Notes under the pieces: generated by a model
Databases searched by the model: none
Told to the model about the DNA's origin: nothing
The model's input: only the letters and a program-made list of their open reading frames with translations
Part shown: positions 48,577 through 56,467 of the stretch, piece by piece
Position numbering within the stretch: position 1 is the stretch's first letter
Layout of the letters: each line of letters opens with the position of its first letter
DNA from: Anaerolineales bacterium
Lineage (GTDB): Bacteria > Chloroflexota > Anaerolineae > UBA1429
Assembly (NCBI GenBank): GCA_046538105.1
Contig: JBKHJO010000005.1
Location: 916 to 64,915, forward strand
Reading direction: 5' to 3'
Length of the DNA: 64,000 nt
Position numbers and translations under genes: made by a program

Positions 48577-49905
48577 TCAATTCACCTCGATATCTACAAA
48601 GGCTGTCATTCCCCAGCGCAATCGTGGATCCATTTCGTCGAGGTCTATGATTACCTGGTAGGTTATGCCACCTGCTGTGGTATCTGCCTTCAGGTCGATC
48701 CTCTGCACTGTGCCCTCCAGACGTACGTCGGGCAAAGCATCAAAAGTTAGGTCCGCGCTCTGACCTTCATCAACTCGGGCTACGTCGATCTCGTCGAGGT
48801 CCGTCGTTTTGATCTGAAATCGTTCAAGGTCTCCCAGAGATATGATGGGTGTCCCTGCTATGACACTCTCTCCCAGGTCGAGCTCGATCCTGGCCACCGT
48901 GCCTGCGAATGGTGCACGAAGGACCGTTTCCGCTAGGGCGATTTTGGCCCTTTCAACGGCTGCCTCCGCTTGCGCTACCCCTGCCTCTGCCACGCGAACC
49001 TGTTCTTCGCGCGCCGGGGCCCGCGCCAGGGCTAGATCGGCCCGTGCCTGTTCTAGTTGACGTTCGCCTGTTGACACTTCCTGCTGCGCCATCCTCTCCT
49101 GTACCCTTGCGGCCTCGACGCTTGCTTGGGCCTGAGCGACTCGGGCTTCTGCTGCGTCGATATCCTCAATTGATGCGCCGGAGGCCAGAATACGATGCTG
49201 TAGTTCGGCGATGGTCACGGCGTTTTCCGCTGCCATGACCTGTCCCTCTGCTGCCTCATAACTGCCAACCTGATAGCCCGGAGTGCCTTTTCTGCCTCCT
49301 ATGGCATCCCGTTGCCCCTGATAACCATATAATTGGGCCTTTGCCTGCTCAACGGTTTGTTGCGCGACTTCCAGTTCATCGGCCGTGGGGCCGGCTTTCA
49401 GACCGTGTAAAAAAGCCTCCGCTTGCGCGAGGGACGCTTGTGCCGACTTTACGTTGATCTCGGCCTGTTCGACGCTTATCTCGGCGTGACGTTTGTTTTC
49501 CTCAGCCACATGGACTGCCGCCTCCGCCACCTCGGTCTGCTCCGTTCTGGGGCCGGCTTTGGTCAGCGCAAGATCTCGACGTGCTGTGGAGAGCGCGGCT
49601 TCTGCCTCTGCCAAAGCGGCTTCGAATTGGGACGCGTCCAGATGGGCCAGGATTTGGTCCTTGGTGACCTCTTCTCCCTGCTCTACCGCTACTTCTGTCA
49701 CCCGCCCTCCAGTGCTGAAGGCTAATTCTGTTTTTATGGCGGGCACCACCTTACCTGTCGCGGAAACGATACCGCGGCCCATCTGCGTTGAAGGAATAGT
49801 AGGGGAGGGCTCTGAAGGAGATCCGATCGGGGACTGGCAGGCCACCAGCAGGATAGGACCAAGGCAGAGCGACAATAATAGAAAGAATCTTACTCGACTA
49901 TGCAT
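48577..49905 (-). CDS. HlyD/MacA-family periplasmic adaptor lipoprotein
   Basis: Lipobox LLVAC, long Ala/Glu-rich coiled coil and a C-terminal beta-barrel segment. Confidence 0.8.
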   Translation of the reverse strand: MHSRVRFFLLLSLCLGPILLVACQSPIGSPSEPSPTIPSTQMGRGIVSATGKVVPAIKTELAFSTGGRVTEVAVEQGEEVTKDQILAHLDASQFEAALAEAEAALSTARRDLALTKAGPRTEQTEVAEAAVHVAEENKRHAEISVEQAEINVKSAQASLAQAEAFLHGLKAGPTADELEVAQQTVEQAKAQLYGYQGQRDAIGGRKGTPGYQVGSYEAAEGQVMAAENAVTIAELQHRILASGASIEDIDAAEARVAQAQASVEAARVQERMAQQEVSTGERQLEQARADLALARAPAREEQVRVAEAGVAQAEAAVERAKIALAETVLRAPFAGTVARIELDLGESVIAGTPIISLGDLERFQIKTTDLDEIDVARVDEGQSADLTFDALPDVRLEGTVQRIDLKADTTAGGITYQVIIDLDEMDPRLRWGMTAFVDIEVN

Positions 49906-50013
49906 TCGACTCCATCCATCATCTCAAGAGAAGAGTACTTGATTTTAGCACATCAAAAGAAAATCAAAAAACATAACAGATATGGCGCATATTTAAGATA
50001 CTAAACATAAATA

Positions 50014-51090
50014 TTATCGGTCGCCTGCTTCGCTGGGATCAAGTCCATAAGTCTCTAGCATGTCTGCCAGTCTCTCCTCGTCCGTCTCCCATGCATAGAC
50101 TGTGCGCGTGGTGTCAGGATGCTCATGCCCGAGTAGGGCGGCGACCCATTCCAGGGGCATGCCCTCGTCCAGGAGGTCCTGGGCGCGACGGTGACGTAAA
50201 GAGTGGGGGGAGGTGTTTTCATACAGTCCCTCGGCACGTGCGGCCTTTTTTATCAAGAGCCAGGCGTGACTTGGAGTGATGGCTGTGCCTTTATCGCGCC
50301 CATGAGAGACGAATAGGGGGGCATAGACACTGTCCTTCCGTTCGCGTACATACGATTGCAATAGTTGACGCGTCTCCTTGGAGAGAAACACAGTACGGGG
50401 CTTGCCATTTTTCGTCTCTACGAGGCGCACTTTTTCGGCCCGTCCATCGAGTACGTCCTCCCGCGTAAGAGCGAGGGCTTCACTGATCCGGGCCCCAGTA
50501 TCGTAAAGAAAGGCTACCAGGGCACGATTGCGTAAAAGGACGAGTCGTTGCATTCCCCTTTTCTTGGGGAGCGGTTTCTCTATATAATGCGTCAACATCT
50601 TCATGACGTCAGGGTCGATTTTTCGCTGCCTATAGCCCTGGCGTTTTCTTCCACGCGTGCCCTTGATACGGCGGAGCATCCGATCATAGGATACGTCTTC
50701 GGGAAGCAGTTCATGTAGATCGAGCCAGTTCATGAGGTGCTTGGCGGCTACCAGATAGGTACGGGTGGTGCGGCTTCCCCGAGCGCTCTCGTTTCCTCTG
50801 GCCTCTGCACGGGGATCGGGATAGGCTTCACGGAGCCAGTGGTTAAAGGCGGATAATGTCTCTTCGCTGATTCGATCGAGCGGGTAGGGGGCCAGGGCCT
50901 CCGCGGCCTCATCGTCTTCCTCGGACAGATGGAGGAAGCGAATAAAGGCCTTTACACCATAAAAGTAGGTCTGCTTGGTAAGTGGGCTGAGTTCCAGATC
51001 CTTCAACATGCCATCGGCGGCCTGATTAACCGTTGTCATGGAGGAGGGGGATATCACTTCGTCGGTGGGGTGGTGGGCCAGAGATTCCAT
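50014..51090 (-). CDS. Tyrosine recombinase / phage-type integrase (XerC/D-like)
   Basis: FLYDTGARISEALAL (Arg I), HSLRHRRAQDLL (H-x-x-R) and LLGHEHPDTTRTVYAW (His, catalytic Tyr). Confidence 0.85.
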   Translation of the reverse strand: MESLAHHPTDEVISPSSMTTVNQAADGMLKDLELSPLTKQTYFYGVKAFIRFLHLSEEDDEAAEALAPYPLDRISEETLSAFNHWLREAYPDPRAEARGNESARGSRTTRTYLVAAKHLMNWLDLHELLPEDVSYDRMLRRIKGTRGRKRQGYRQRKIDPDVMKMLTHYIEKPLPKKRGMQRLVLLRNRALVAFLYDTGARISEALALTREDVLDGRAEKVRLVETKNGKPRTVFLSKETRQLLQSYVRERKDSVYAPLFVSHGRDKGTAITPSHAWLLIKKAARAEGLYENTSPHSLRHRRAQDLLDEGMPLEWVAALLGHEHPDTTRTVYAWETDEERLADMLETYGLDPSEAGDR

Positions 51091-51748
51091 GGCAGAACTC
51101 CCTTTGAAAGTATATGATTTATTCTTTAATAAATACTATATAGTACATGTCCCATGATAGAGGTATTCTACGTATCTGTCAACTCCTTCGTGTCGCTGGA
51201 AGCGTACGGAGATTGTGCAGCAATTCTCCCCAGATTCAGTTTCAGTCACGTGAGATGGTCGGACTTGTCCGGCGATGTGCTCCACCACATATCTCCGGGC
51301 CTCCGCGACCGTGGAATGTCGCCATATCGTTCTGGAAGATCGAATGAAAATACTGGCGTTCTCGTCGTAGCATCCGTGCTTTTGCTGTCACGAAGGACAG
51401 GCTGTAAATCGGTTTCAATAACAGTATGCATGCTTTGATCTTACTAAATCGTAAACTTCTAGCAGAGTTCGGACTTCAAAGGTCAAAGGCACTTCCGACG
51501 GCCCCTCGATATCCTACGCGGTTCCCCTGCTCAAACTATTATGTCCAACACAGTGACTCATAAGATCTATTGGTGGTATCATTTCGTATAGCGTTAACTT
51601 CTACATTAAAGAAAGCAGCAGTATGATGTGTGGCAATGGTTTAATTTCTATACGAAATAACTATAACTCTCCCGCCGTCGGCTTGAGGCGCAAGAGCCTT
51701 TATAGTACAATGGAATTATGAGAGGATCGGAAAGGAGTTAAAAGCATC

Positions 51749-52078
51749 ATGACAGGTATTTTAGAAGCAATCAAGGGATTATTCCAAAGCGGTCCAGGAG
51801 GTGCAGATGCCCGGGACCCCAACGCCATATATCTCTATTTCAAATGTGCCAGATGCGGGACCGTCGTCCCTATACGCGTCGATAAACGACACGATCTCAA
51901 CCGCGAAGAGGGCCCGGGAACCTTTTTGCTGAAAAAAGAGGTCATGGACGACAACTGCTTTCAACTCATGCAGGCCACAATATGGCTGGACAACGGCTAC
52001 AATGTGGTTTCTGCTGACGTTAGCAATGGCGAACTGATCTCCGAAGAGGAATATAACACCACGGAACAGCAGGATTAA
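51749..52078 (+). CDS. Hypothetical small protein with a CxxC motif
   Basis: ATG about 10 nt after AAAGGAG. A possible TTGAGG-17-TACAAT promoter sits at 51683..51711. YFKCARCGTVVPIRV. No family recognised. Confidence 0.45.
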   Translation: MTGILEAIKGLFQSGPGGADARDPNAIYLYFKCARCGTVVPIRVDKRHDLNREEGPGTFLLKKEVMDDNCFQLMQATIWLDNGYNVVSADVSNGELISEEEYNTTEQQD

Positions 52079-52103
52079 ACGGGCTCGTCAGCGACGATAC
52101 CCC

Positions 52104-52685
52104 TTATCCTCCCGCCTCATGCGTCAATATGATGGCCTGCGCGATCTCTTTCATGGGCTTGCGCGTGTTCATGGACATCTTCTGAATGCGCCGAAAAGCC
52201 TCGGCCTCCGAAAGATCCTGCCGATCCATGAGGATCCCTTTGGCCCTGTCTAACAACTTCCGTGTCTCCAGTTGATCCTGTAAATCGTCAACTTCTTTCT
52301 CGAGTTCACGAAACTCTGCAAACCGTGTCAACGCCAGTTCTATAGCCGGTGACAGATCATCTTCTTTTATCGGCTTGACAAGATAGCCCACGACGCCCGC
52401 TTCCCTCGCGCGCTCCACAAGATCTCGCTGACTAAAGGCCGTCAACAAAACCACCGGAGCGATCCGTTCCTCCGTAAGTATCCGCGCTGCCTCTATGCCA
52501 TCCATATCAGGCATCTTGATGTCCATAAGCACTACATCGGGACGCAATTCGCGCGCCAGATTCACAGCACTCCGTCCGTCTCCCGCTTCGCCCACCACGA
52601 GATATCCTAGGTTGTTGAGCATTTCCCGTAAATCCATACAGATGACTGATTCGTCATCCGCGATTATGACACGTACACGCTCCAA
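52104..52685 (-). CDS. Response regulator with ANTAR RNA-binding output domain (PdtaR/EutV-like)
   Basis: REC domain: IIADDE...DVVLMDIKMPDMDG...LTAF...VKP. ANTAR domain: RKLLDRAKGILMDRQDLSEAEAFRRIQKMSMNTRKPMKEIAQAII. Confidence 0.9.
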   Translation of the reverse strand: MERVRVIIADDESVICMDLREMLNNLGYLVVGEAGDGRSAVNLARELRPDVVLMDIKMPDMDGIEAARILTEERIAPVVLLTAFSQRDLVERAREAGVVGYLVKPIKEDDLSPAIELALTRFAEFRELEKEVDDLQDQLETRKLLDRAKGILMDRQDLSEAEAFRRIQKMSMNTRKPMKEIAQAIILTHEAGG

Positions 52686-52709
52686 CTCCTCACCCCCTTG
52701 AAATTGGCA

Positions 52710-54197
52710 CTAGCCAGACTTATCAAACTCTATGGTGGCCCTTGTGCCCACTGTGCTACTTAACTTGAACTGGCCACCAAGGTCCCTCTCAACCATACGC
52801 TGGACCATGTTTAAGCCCAGATGGGCATCTCTTTCCAGATCAAATTCCGATCCCAGGCCCCGCCCGCTATCCGATACCACCAGTGTCACCTTCTCACCAT
52901 GATCGATAAACTCCACATCCACACTACCCGCATCCCTATCCACCATACCATGCTCTATGGCATTCTGCACTAACTCATTGATGATCAACGCACATCGTGT
53001 AGCGCGTTCAGCAGAAAGCCAGATGTCGGGACCTTTGACCACCAAGGTGATGGCCTTATCTGGACCAATCAGACTTTCTCTGGTCTGGTTGACGATACGG
53101 CGGGCAATATCCTGAACGTTTATTGTGCCTTGTGCATTGCTTGAGAGAAAGTCATGGACCACCGCCACACTCAAAATCCGATTTACGCTTTCCTCCAGCG
53201 CTATCCTCGTCTCTTCGCTAGCAGCACGACGCGCCTGCAGTCGCATGATGGACGCGATCACCTGCAGGTTGTTCTTTACCCGATGATGAACCTCGCGCAC
53301 CATGGCCGTTTTGCTCTCGATCTCGCGCTGTGTCTCAAGCGCCTCCGTAGCATCGTGACAAAGTACAAGAACACCTTTAGGTTGGAGATCCTTTTCTTCC
53401 AAACTAAACAAGCGCTCGAACATCGAAGAGGGACGACGAACGCGAATGGGCAAAGCTTTCCGCACCCAGATAGATTCTCCCTCTTCTGTCTCTCGCTCGA
53501 TGCACCTGCCTGTTTCTACCGCTTCCCGAACCAGTTCCTCGTCGACCGTCGCGATCTCACCAATCGGACGGTTGAGTAGGCTATCACGATAGCCCAGATG
53601 ACGATATAACTCTGCAGCAATTCCACTCACGTACTTTATAAAGCCTCGACTATCAATATATACTATACCATCATGCTCACCAAAGGAAGAGAGCGAATCT
53701 GCACCACGAACGTCACCATGCAAGACCATGGTGATGAAATCGCAAAGGGCACTCTGGAAAGCCTTGTTCCGTCTGCGATGCCGCTCATGAGCCAGCCAAT
53801 AAGCGTCTTTGACCATAGCCGCGATGATGGCATCATCTTCCCCATAGACCGGAAAGACCTGTCGCGCCACGGTCGCCCCATTAATATCCACCGTATGAAC
53901 CTTGCGAGGCTTTACATTGCCCCGCAAAGCCTGAAGGACTTGAGGATACGCCTCCTCTCCCACAGACATGCCAATGTACGAGTCCTCATATAGGGGAGAA
54001 GAAGAATGAGGACGCCACTGGCCTATTATAAGGGCTTCCCCTTCCCCAACGGCGCAAAATAGAAGCAGATCGGCTCGACACAAGTCGGACAGGATAGGCA
54101 TATCCTTCCCTATCTTGCGCAACAAATCCTTATCATCTTTTTGAAGATCAACCTTAGGAAAAGCATTATCCGCAAACACAGTAGTATTATAACACAT
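52710..54197 (-). CDS. Sensor histidine kinase, HisKA_2/HWE type with GAF/PAS-like N-terminal sensor (PdtaS-like)
   Basis: H-box EVHHRVKNNLQVIASIMRLQ. N-box INELVQNAIEHG. G-boxes VSDSGRGL and GLGLNMV. No TM segments. Confidence 0.8.
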   Translation of the reverse strand: MCYNTTVFADNAFPKVDLQKDDKDLLRKIGKDMPILSDLCRADLLLFCAVGEGEALIIGQWRPHSSSPLYEDSYIGMSVGEEAYPQVLQALRGNVKPRKVHTVDINGATVARQVFPVYGEDDAIIAAMVKDAYWLAHERHRRRNKAFQSALCDFITMVLHGDVRGADSLSSFGEHDGIVYIDSRGFIKYVSGIAAELYRHLGYRDSLLNRPIGEIATVDEELVREAVETGRCIERETEEGESIWVRKALPIRVRRPSSMFERLFSLEEKDLQPKGVLVLCHDATEALETQREIESKTAMVREVHHRVKNNLQVIASIMRLQARRAASEETRIALEESVNRILSVAVVHDFLSSNAQGTINVQDIARRIVNQTRESLIGPDKAITLVVKGPDIWLSAERATRCALIINELVQNAIEHGMVDRDAGSVDVEFIDHGEKVTLVVSDSGRGLGSEFDLERDAHLGLNMVQRMVERDLGGQFKLSSTVGTRATIEFDKSG

Positions 54198-54217
54198 GCG
54201 AATATACCAGAAAAAAT

Positions 54218-54410
54218 GCGGTAGAGACCACTGTTGGCTTCCCTGAAAAAGAGCACTGGACGTTCAGTTGCGTCGCACTTTCGTGAGACCTTACAGTAGA
54301 AAAGCATACTCTGCATATAACAAGAGTAAATTGCTGGAACACGTCCATCAAGTGCGACGCAACTCATGGACCTTTTTTCAGTAGAGCCACTGTTAGGTTT
54401 TGGACGGTAG
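54218..54410. repeat. Cluster of direct and inverted repeats in the pdtaS / Gfo-operon divergent intergenic region
   Basis: Direct repeat GTAGAGACCACTGTT (54221-54235) / GTAGAGCCACTGTT (54381-54394). Perfect 14-nt inverted repeat AGTTGCGTCGCACT (54266-54279) / AGTGCGACGCAACT (54351-54364). TGGACGT (54257-54263) / ACGTCCA (54341-54347). CTGAAAAAG (54243-54251) / CTTTTTTCAG (54372-54381). Confidence 0.6.
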
Positions 54411-54441
54411 AATATCGGATGATCTCTTGTCAACACCAGGA

Positions 54442-54470
54442 TTGTCGCTACGCATCGACTTTGATATAAT
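54442..54470 (+). promoter_or_regulatory. Candidate promoter (TTGTCG-17-TATAAT) for the Gfo/TIM-barrel operon
   Basis: Hexamers read directly, about 30 nt upstream of the ATG at 54501. Confidence 0.4.
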
Positions 54471-54500
54471 GAGGCGGCAAGTTGAGAAGCCTTGGAGGAG

Positions 54501-55586
54501 ATGATGCGTTACAATTACGAGTATGAAAAGAGACTGCGTGTGGGCTATATCGGAGCGGGCGAGTATTCGTACCGCACCATACTGCCCTCATTCCGCTATA
54601 GCCCCATAGATCTCGTGGCCCTCGTGGATGCGGATACTGACAGGGGGCTGAGCGTTGCCCGACAGTTTGGGGCACGGCATTTTTATCCCAATCACAAGGC
54701 TATGCTGGCCAAGGAGGAGATGGAGGCCGTCTTTATTGTCGTAGGATTGGATGCCGAAGGTCACTCCCGCTATCCAGAACTGGCCGATGAGGCGCTGCGT
54801 GCGGGATTCCATACCTGGATAGATACGCCTCCCTGTACAAGCGCCGACGACATCACCACATTTACCAACGCCTGTCTCCCTCATCACAAGTACCTTATGA
54901 CCAACTTCAAAAAGATGTTCATGCCCGCCTATGTCAAAGCGGCACAAATCATAGAGGATCCCGAATTCGGTGGCGTGTCAACCTTTTCCATGCGCTATCC
55001 GCTCTCTCTCCCACCGACAGAGGAGCGAGAGGACGATCTGGCCATGATCCCCTTTTTGGAATTTATCCATCCCTACTCCTTGCTTCTTCGCCTGTTCGGC
55101 GAATGTGAAGGGCTTATGTACATGAGAAGTCCTCGAACCGGTGGCGCGGTGATGAATATCCGCTACACATCCGGTGTGGTGGGTACCTTGCACCTGACGG
55201 GCGGGCAATCCCTTAACAGCCCCCTAGAACGTCTGGAGATTGTGGGGGATGATGCCAATCTGCTGGTGGAGAATGGCATCCGACTGCTTTACTACAGGCC
55301 CGGGGGACAACGAGGGGACGGGGAGGAAGAACCAAACCGCCAGACGTCCTTTATTGGCCCAGATGATAACGCCCCTATAATCTGGGAACCCGAATTCTCT
55401 CTTGGACGCCTCTACAACAAGCAGATCTTCCTGCAGGGCTACGTAGGGAGTGTCACCCATTTTGCAGAACGCCTGCTGGCAGAAGAGCCTCCTGTATATG
55501 GGAACCTGGTGGATATGCTTCATGTCATGAACGTCTACGATAACATCCGCCATGGGCAGGAGAATGAATGGATCACGCCACATTAG
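54501..55586 (+). CDS. Gfo/Idh/MocA family NAD(P)-dependent oxidoreductase
   Basis: LRVGYIGAGEYSYRTILPSF...LVALVD...ARQFGA...MLAKEEMEAVFIV. The start is uncertain (54492 TTG, 54501 or 54504 ATG). Confidence 0.8.
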   Translation: MMRYNYEYEKRLRVGYIGAGEYSYRTILPSFRYSPIDLVALVDADTDRGLSVARQFGARHFYPNHKAMLAKEEMEAVFIVVGLDAEGHSRYPELADEALRAGFHTWIDTPPCTSADDITTFTNACLPHHKYLMTNFKKMFMPAYVKAAQIIEDPEFGGVSTFSMRYPLSLPPTEEREDDLAMIPFLEFIHPYSLLLRLFGECEGLMYMRSPRTGGAVMNIRYTSGVVGTLHLTGGQSLNSPLERLEIVGDDANLLVENGIRLLYYRPGGQRGDGEEEPNRQTSFIGPDDNAPIIWEPEFSLGRLYNKQIFLQGYVGSVTHFAERLLAEEPPVYGNLVDMLHVMNVYDNIRHGQENEWITPH

Positions 55587-55617
55587 CCCTTCCCAAATCA
55601 GCGAAAAGGAGAGAACA

Positions 55618-56388
55618 ATGACAGATATAACCATCGGTATCTGCACCAATCCCCACAGAGTACACCAACTACCTTCTGGATATGCCTACTGGGAACCGGC
55701 CGTATCCTCGGCGCTGATTCCTCTGGAAGATAAAGAGCACTATATGGCTCAAAGGGAAGGACTGAGCGCAATCCCCCTCCCTATCCGCGCCTTCAATGCT
55801 TTTGTTCCCAGCGAGGTGCGGCTCGTCGGCGATGGTGTACAGTGGGATCAGGTAGAACTTTATGTAAAACGATCCATCGGGCGGGCAGCCGATCTGGGAG
55901 GCAAGATCATCGTATTTGGTAGCGGCGGCGCACGGGCCGTGCCGGAAGGCTATTCTCGAGAGCGTGCCTGGAAGCAACTCGTCCAGTTCCTGCGCCTCTG
56001 TGCAACCGAGGCGGCAGAGCATGACCTCATGATAGCCATCGAGCCCCTCAATCGCTCCGAGACGAACATCATCAATTCTTACCTCGAAGCCATCAGATTG
56101 GCCCAGGACGTAGATCGGGAGCACGTCCAGGTACTGGCAGATATCTACCACTTTATGATGGAAAACGAACCCTTGGAGCACATCCGGAAAGCGCCGGAGC
56201 GCCTGGTGCACGTTCACCTGGCGGACTCGGGCCGACGACATCCCGGTAGCGGGAGTTATCCACTCCAGGAACTATTTGACATTCTCCGGAAAGTGGGCTA
56301 CGAGGATCGGGCATCTATCGAATGTAGATGGGGAGAGAACTTTTCTCACGAGGCAACACAGGCGTTACATTTCCTGCAGAACCTTTGA
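55618..56388 (+). CDS. Sugar phosphate isomerase/epimerase (xylose isomerase-like TIM barrel)
   Basis: ATG after AAAGGAGAGAAC. GGKIIVFGSGGAR...IAIEPLNRSETN...VLADIYHF...VHVHLAD. Confidence 0.8.
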   Translation: MTDITIGICTNPHRVHQLPSGYAYWEPAVSSALIPLEDKEHYMAQREGLSAIPLPIRAFNAFVPSEVRLVGDGVQWDQVELYVKRSIGRAADLGGKIIVFGSGGARAVPEGYSRERAWKQLVQFLRLCATEAAEHDLMIAIEPLNRSETNIINSYLEAIRLAQDVDREHVQVLADIYHFMMENEPLEHIRKAPERLVHVHLADSGRRHPGSGSYPLQELFDILRKVGYEDRASIECRWGENFSHEATQALHFLQNL

Positions 56389-56467
56389 TAACGACAAAAG
56401 GTCCTCCCTCCCCTGGGCGGGGGCGGGAGGACCACACCGATCCGATCTTTACCAAACTGCTCATGCC

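Noticed and set aside
50007-51139. ATAAATATTAT (50007-50017) versus ATAAATACTAT (51129-51139) as direct repeats flanking the integrase gene
   Set aside because: This is a 10/11 match of a pure A/T-rich motif in AT-rich DNA, so chance is the likeliest explanation. The left copy also overlaps the integrase stop codon.
51581-51658. Resemblance of the inverted-repeat arms to loxP (shared TTCGTATAGC / TATACGAA)
   Set aside because: A 10-nt match to a given 34-mer is expected a few times by chance in 64 kb on two strands. The arms are 56 nt apart, not 8. I see no evidence of engineering or of a Cre/lox-type site.
54257-54364. Folding the 14-nt and 7-nt inverted repeats into a single H-type RNA pseudoknot
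   Set aside because: The connecting loops would be only about 2-3 nt across a 14-bp helix, which is sterically implausible. The repeats are better treated as DNA sites or mutually exclusive RNA helices.
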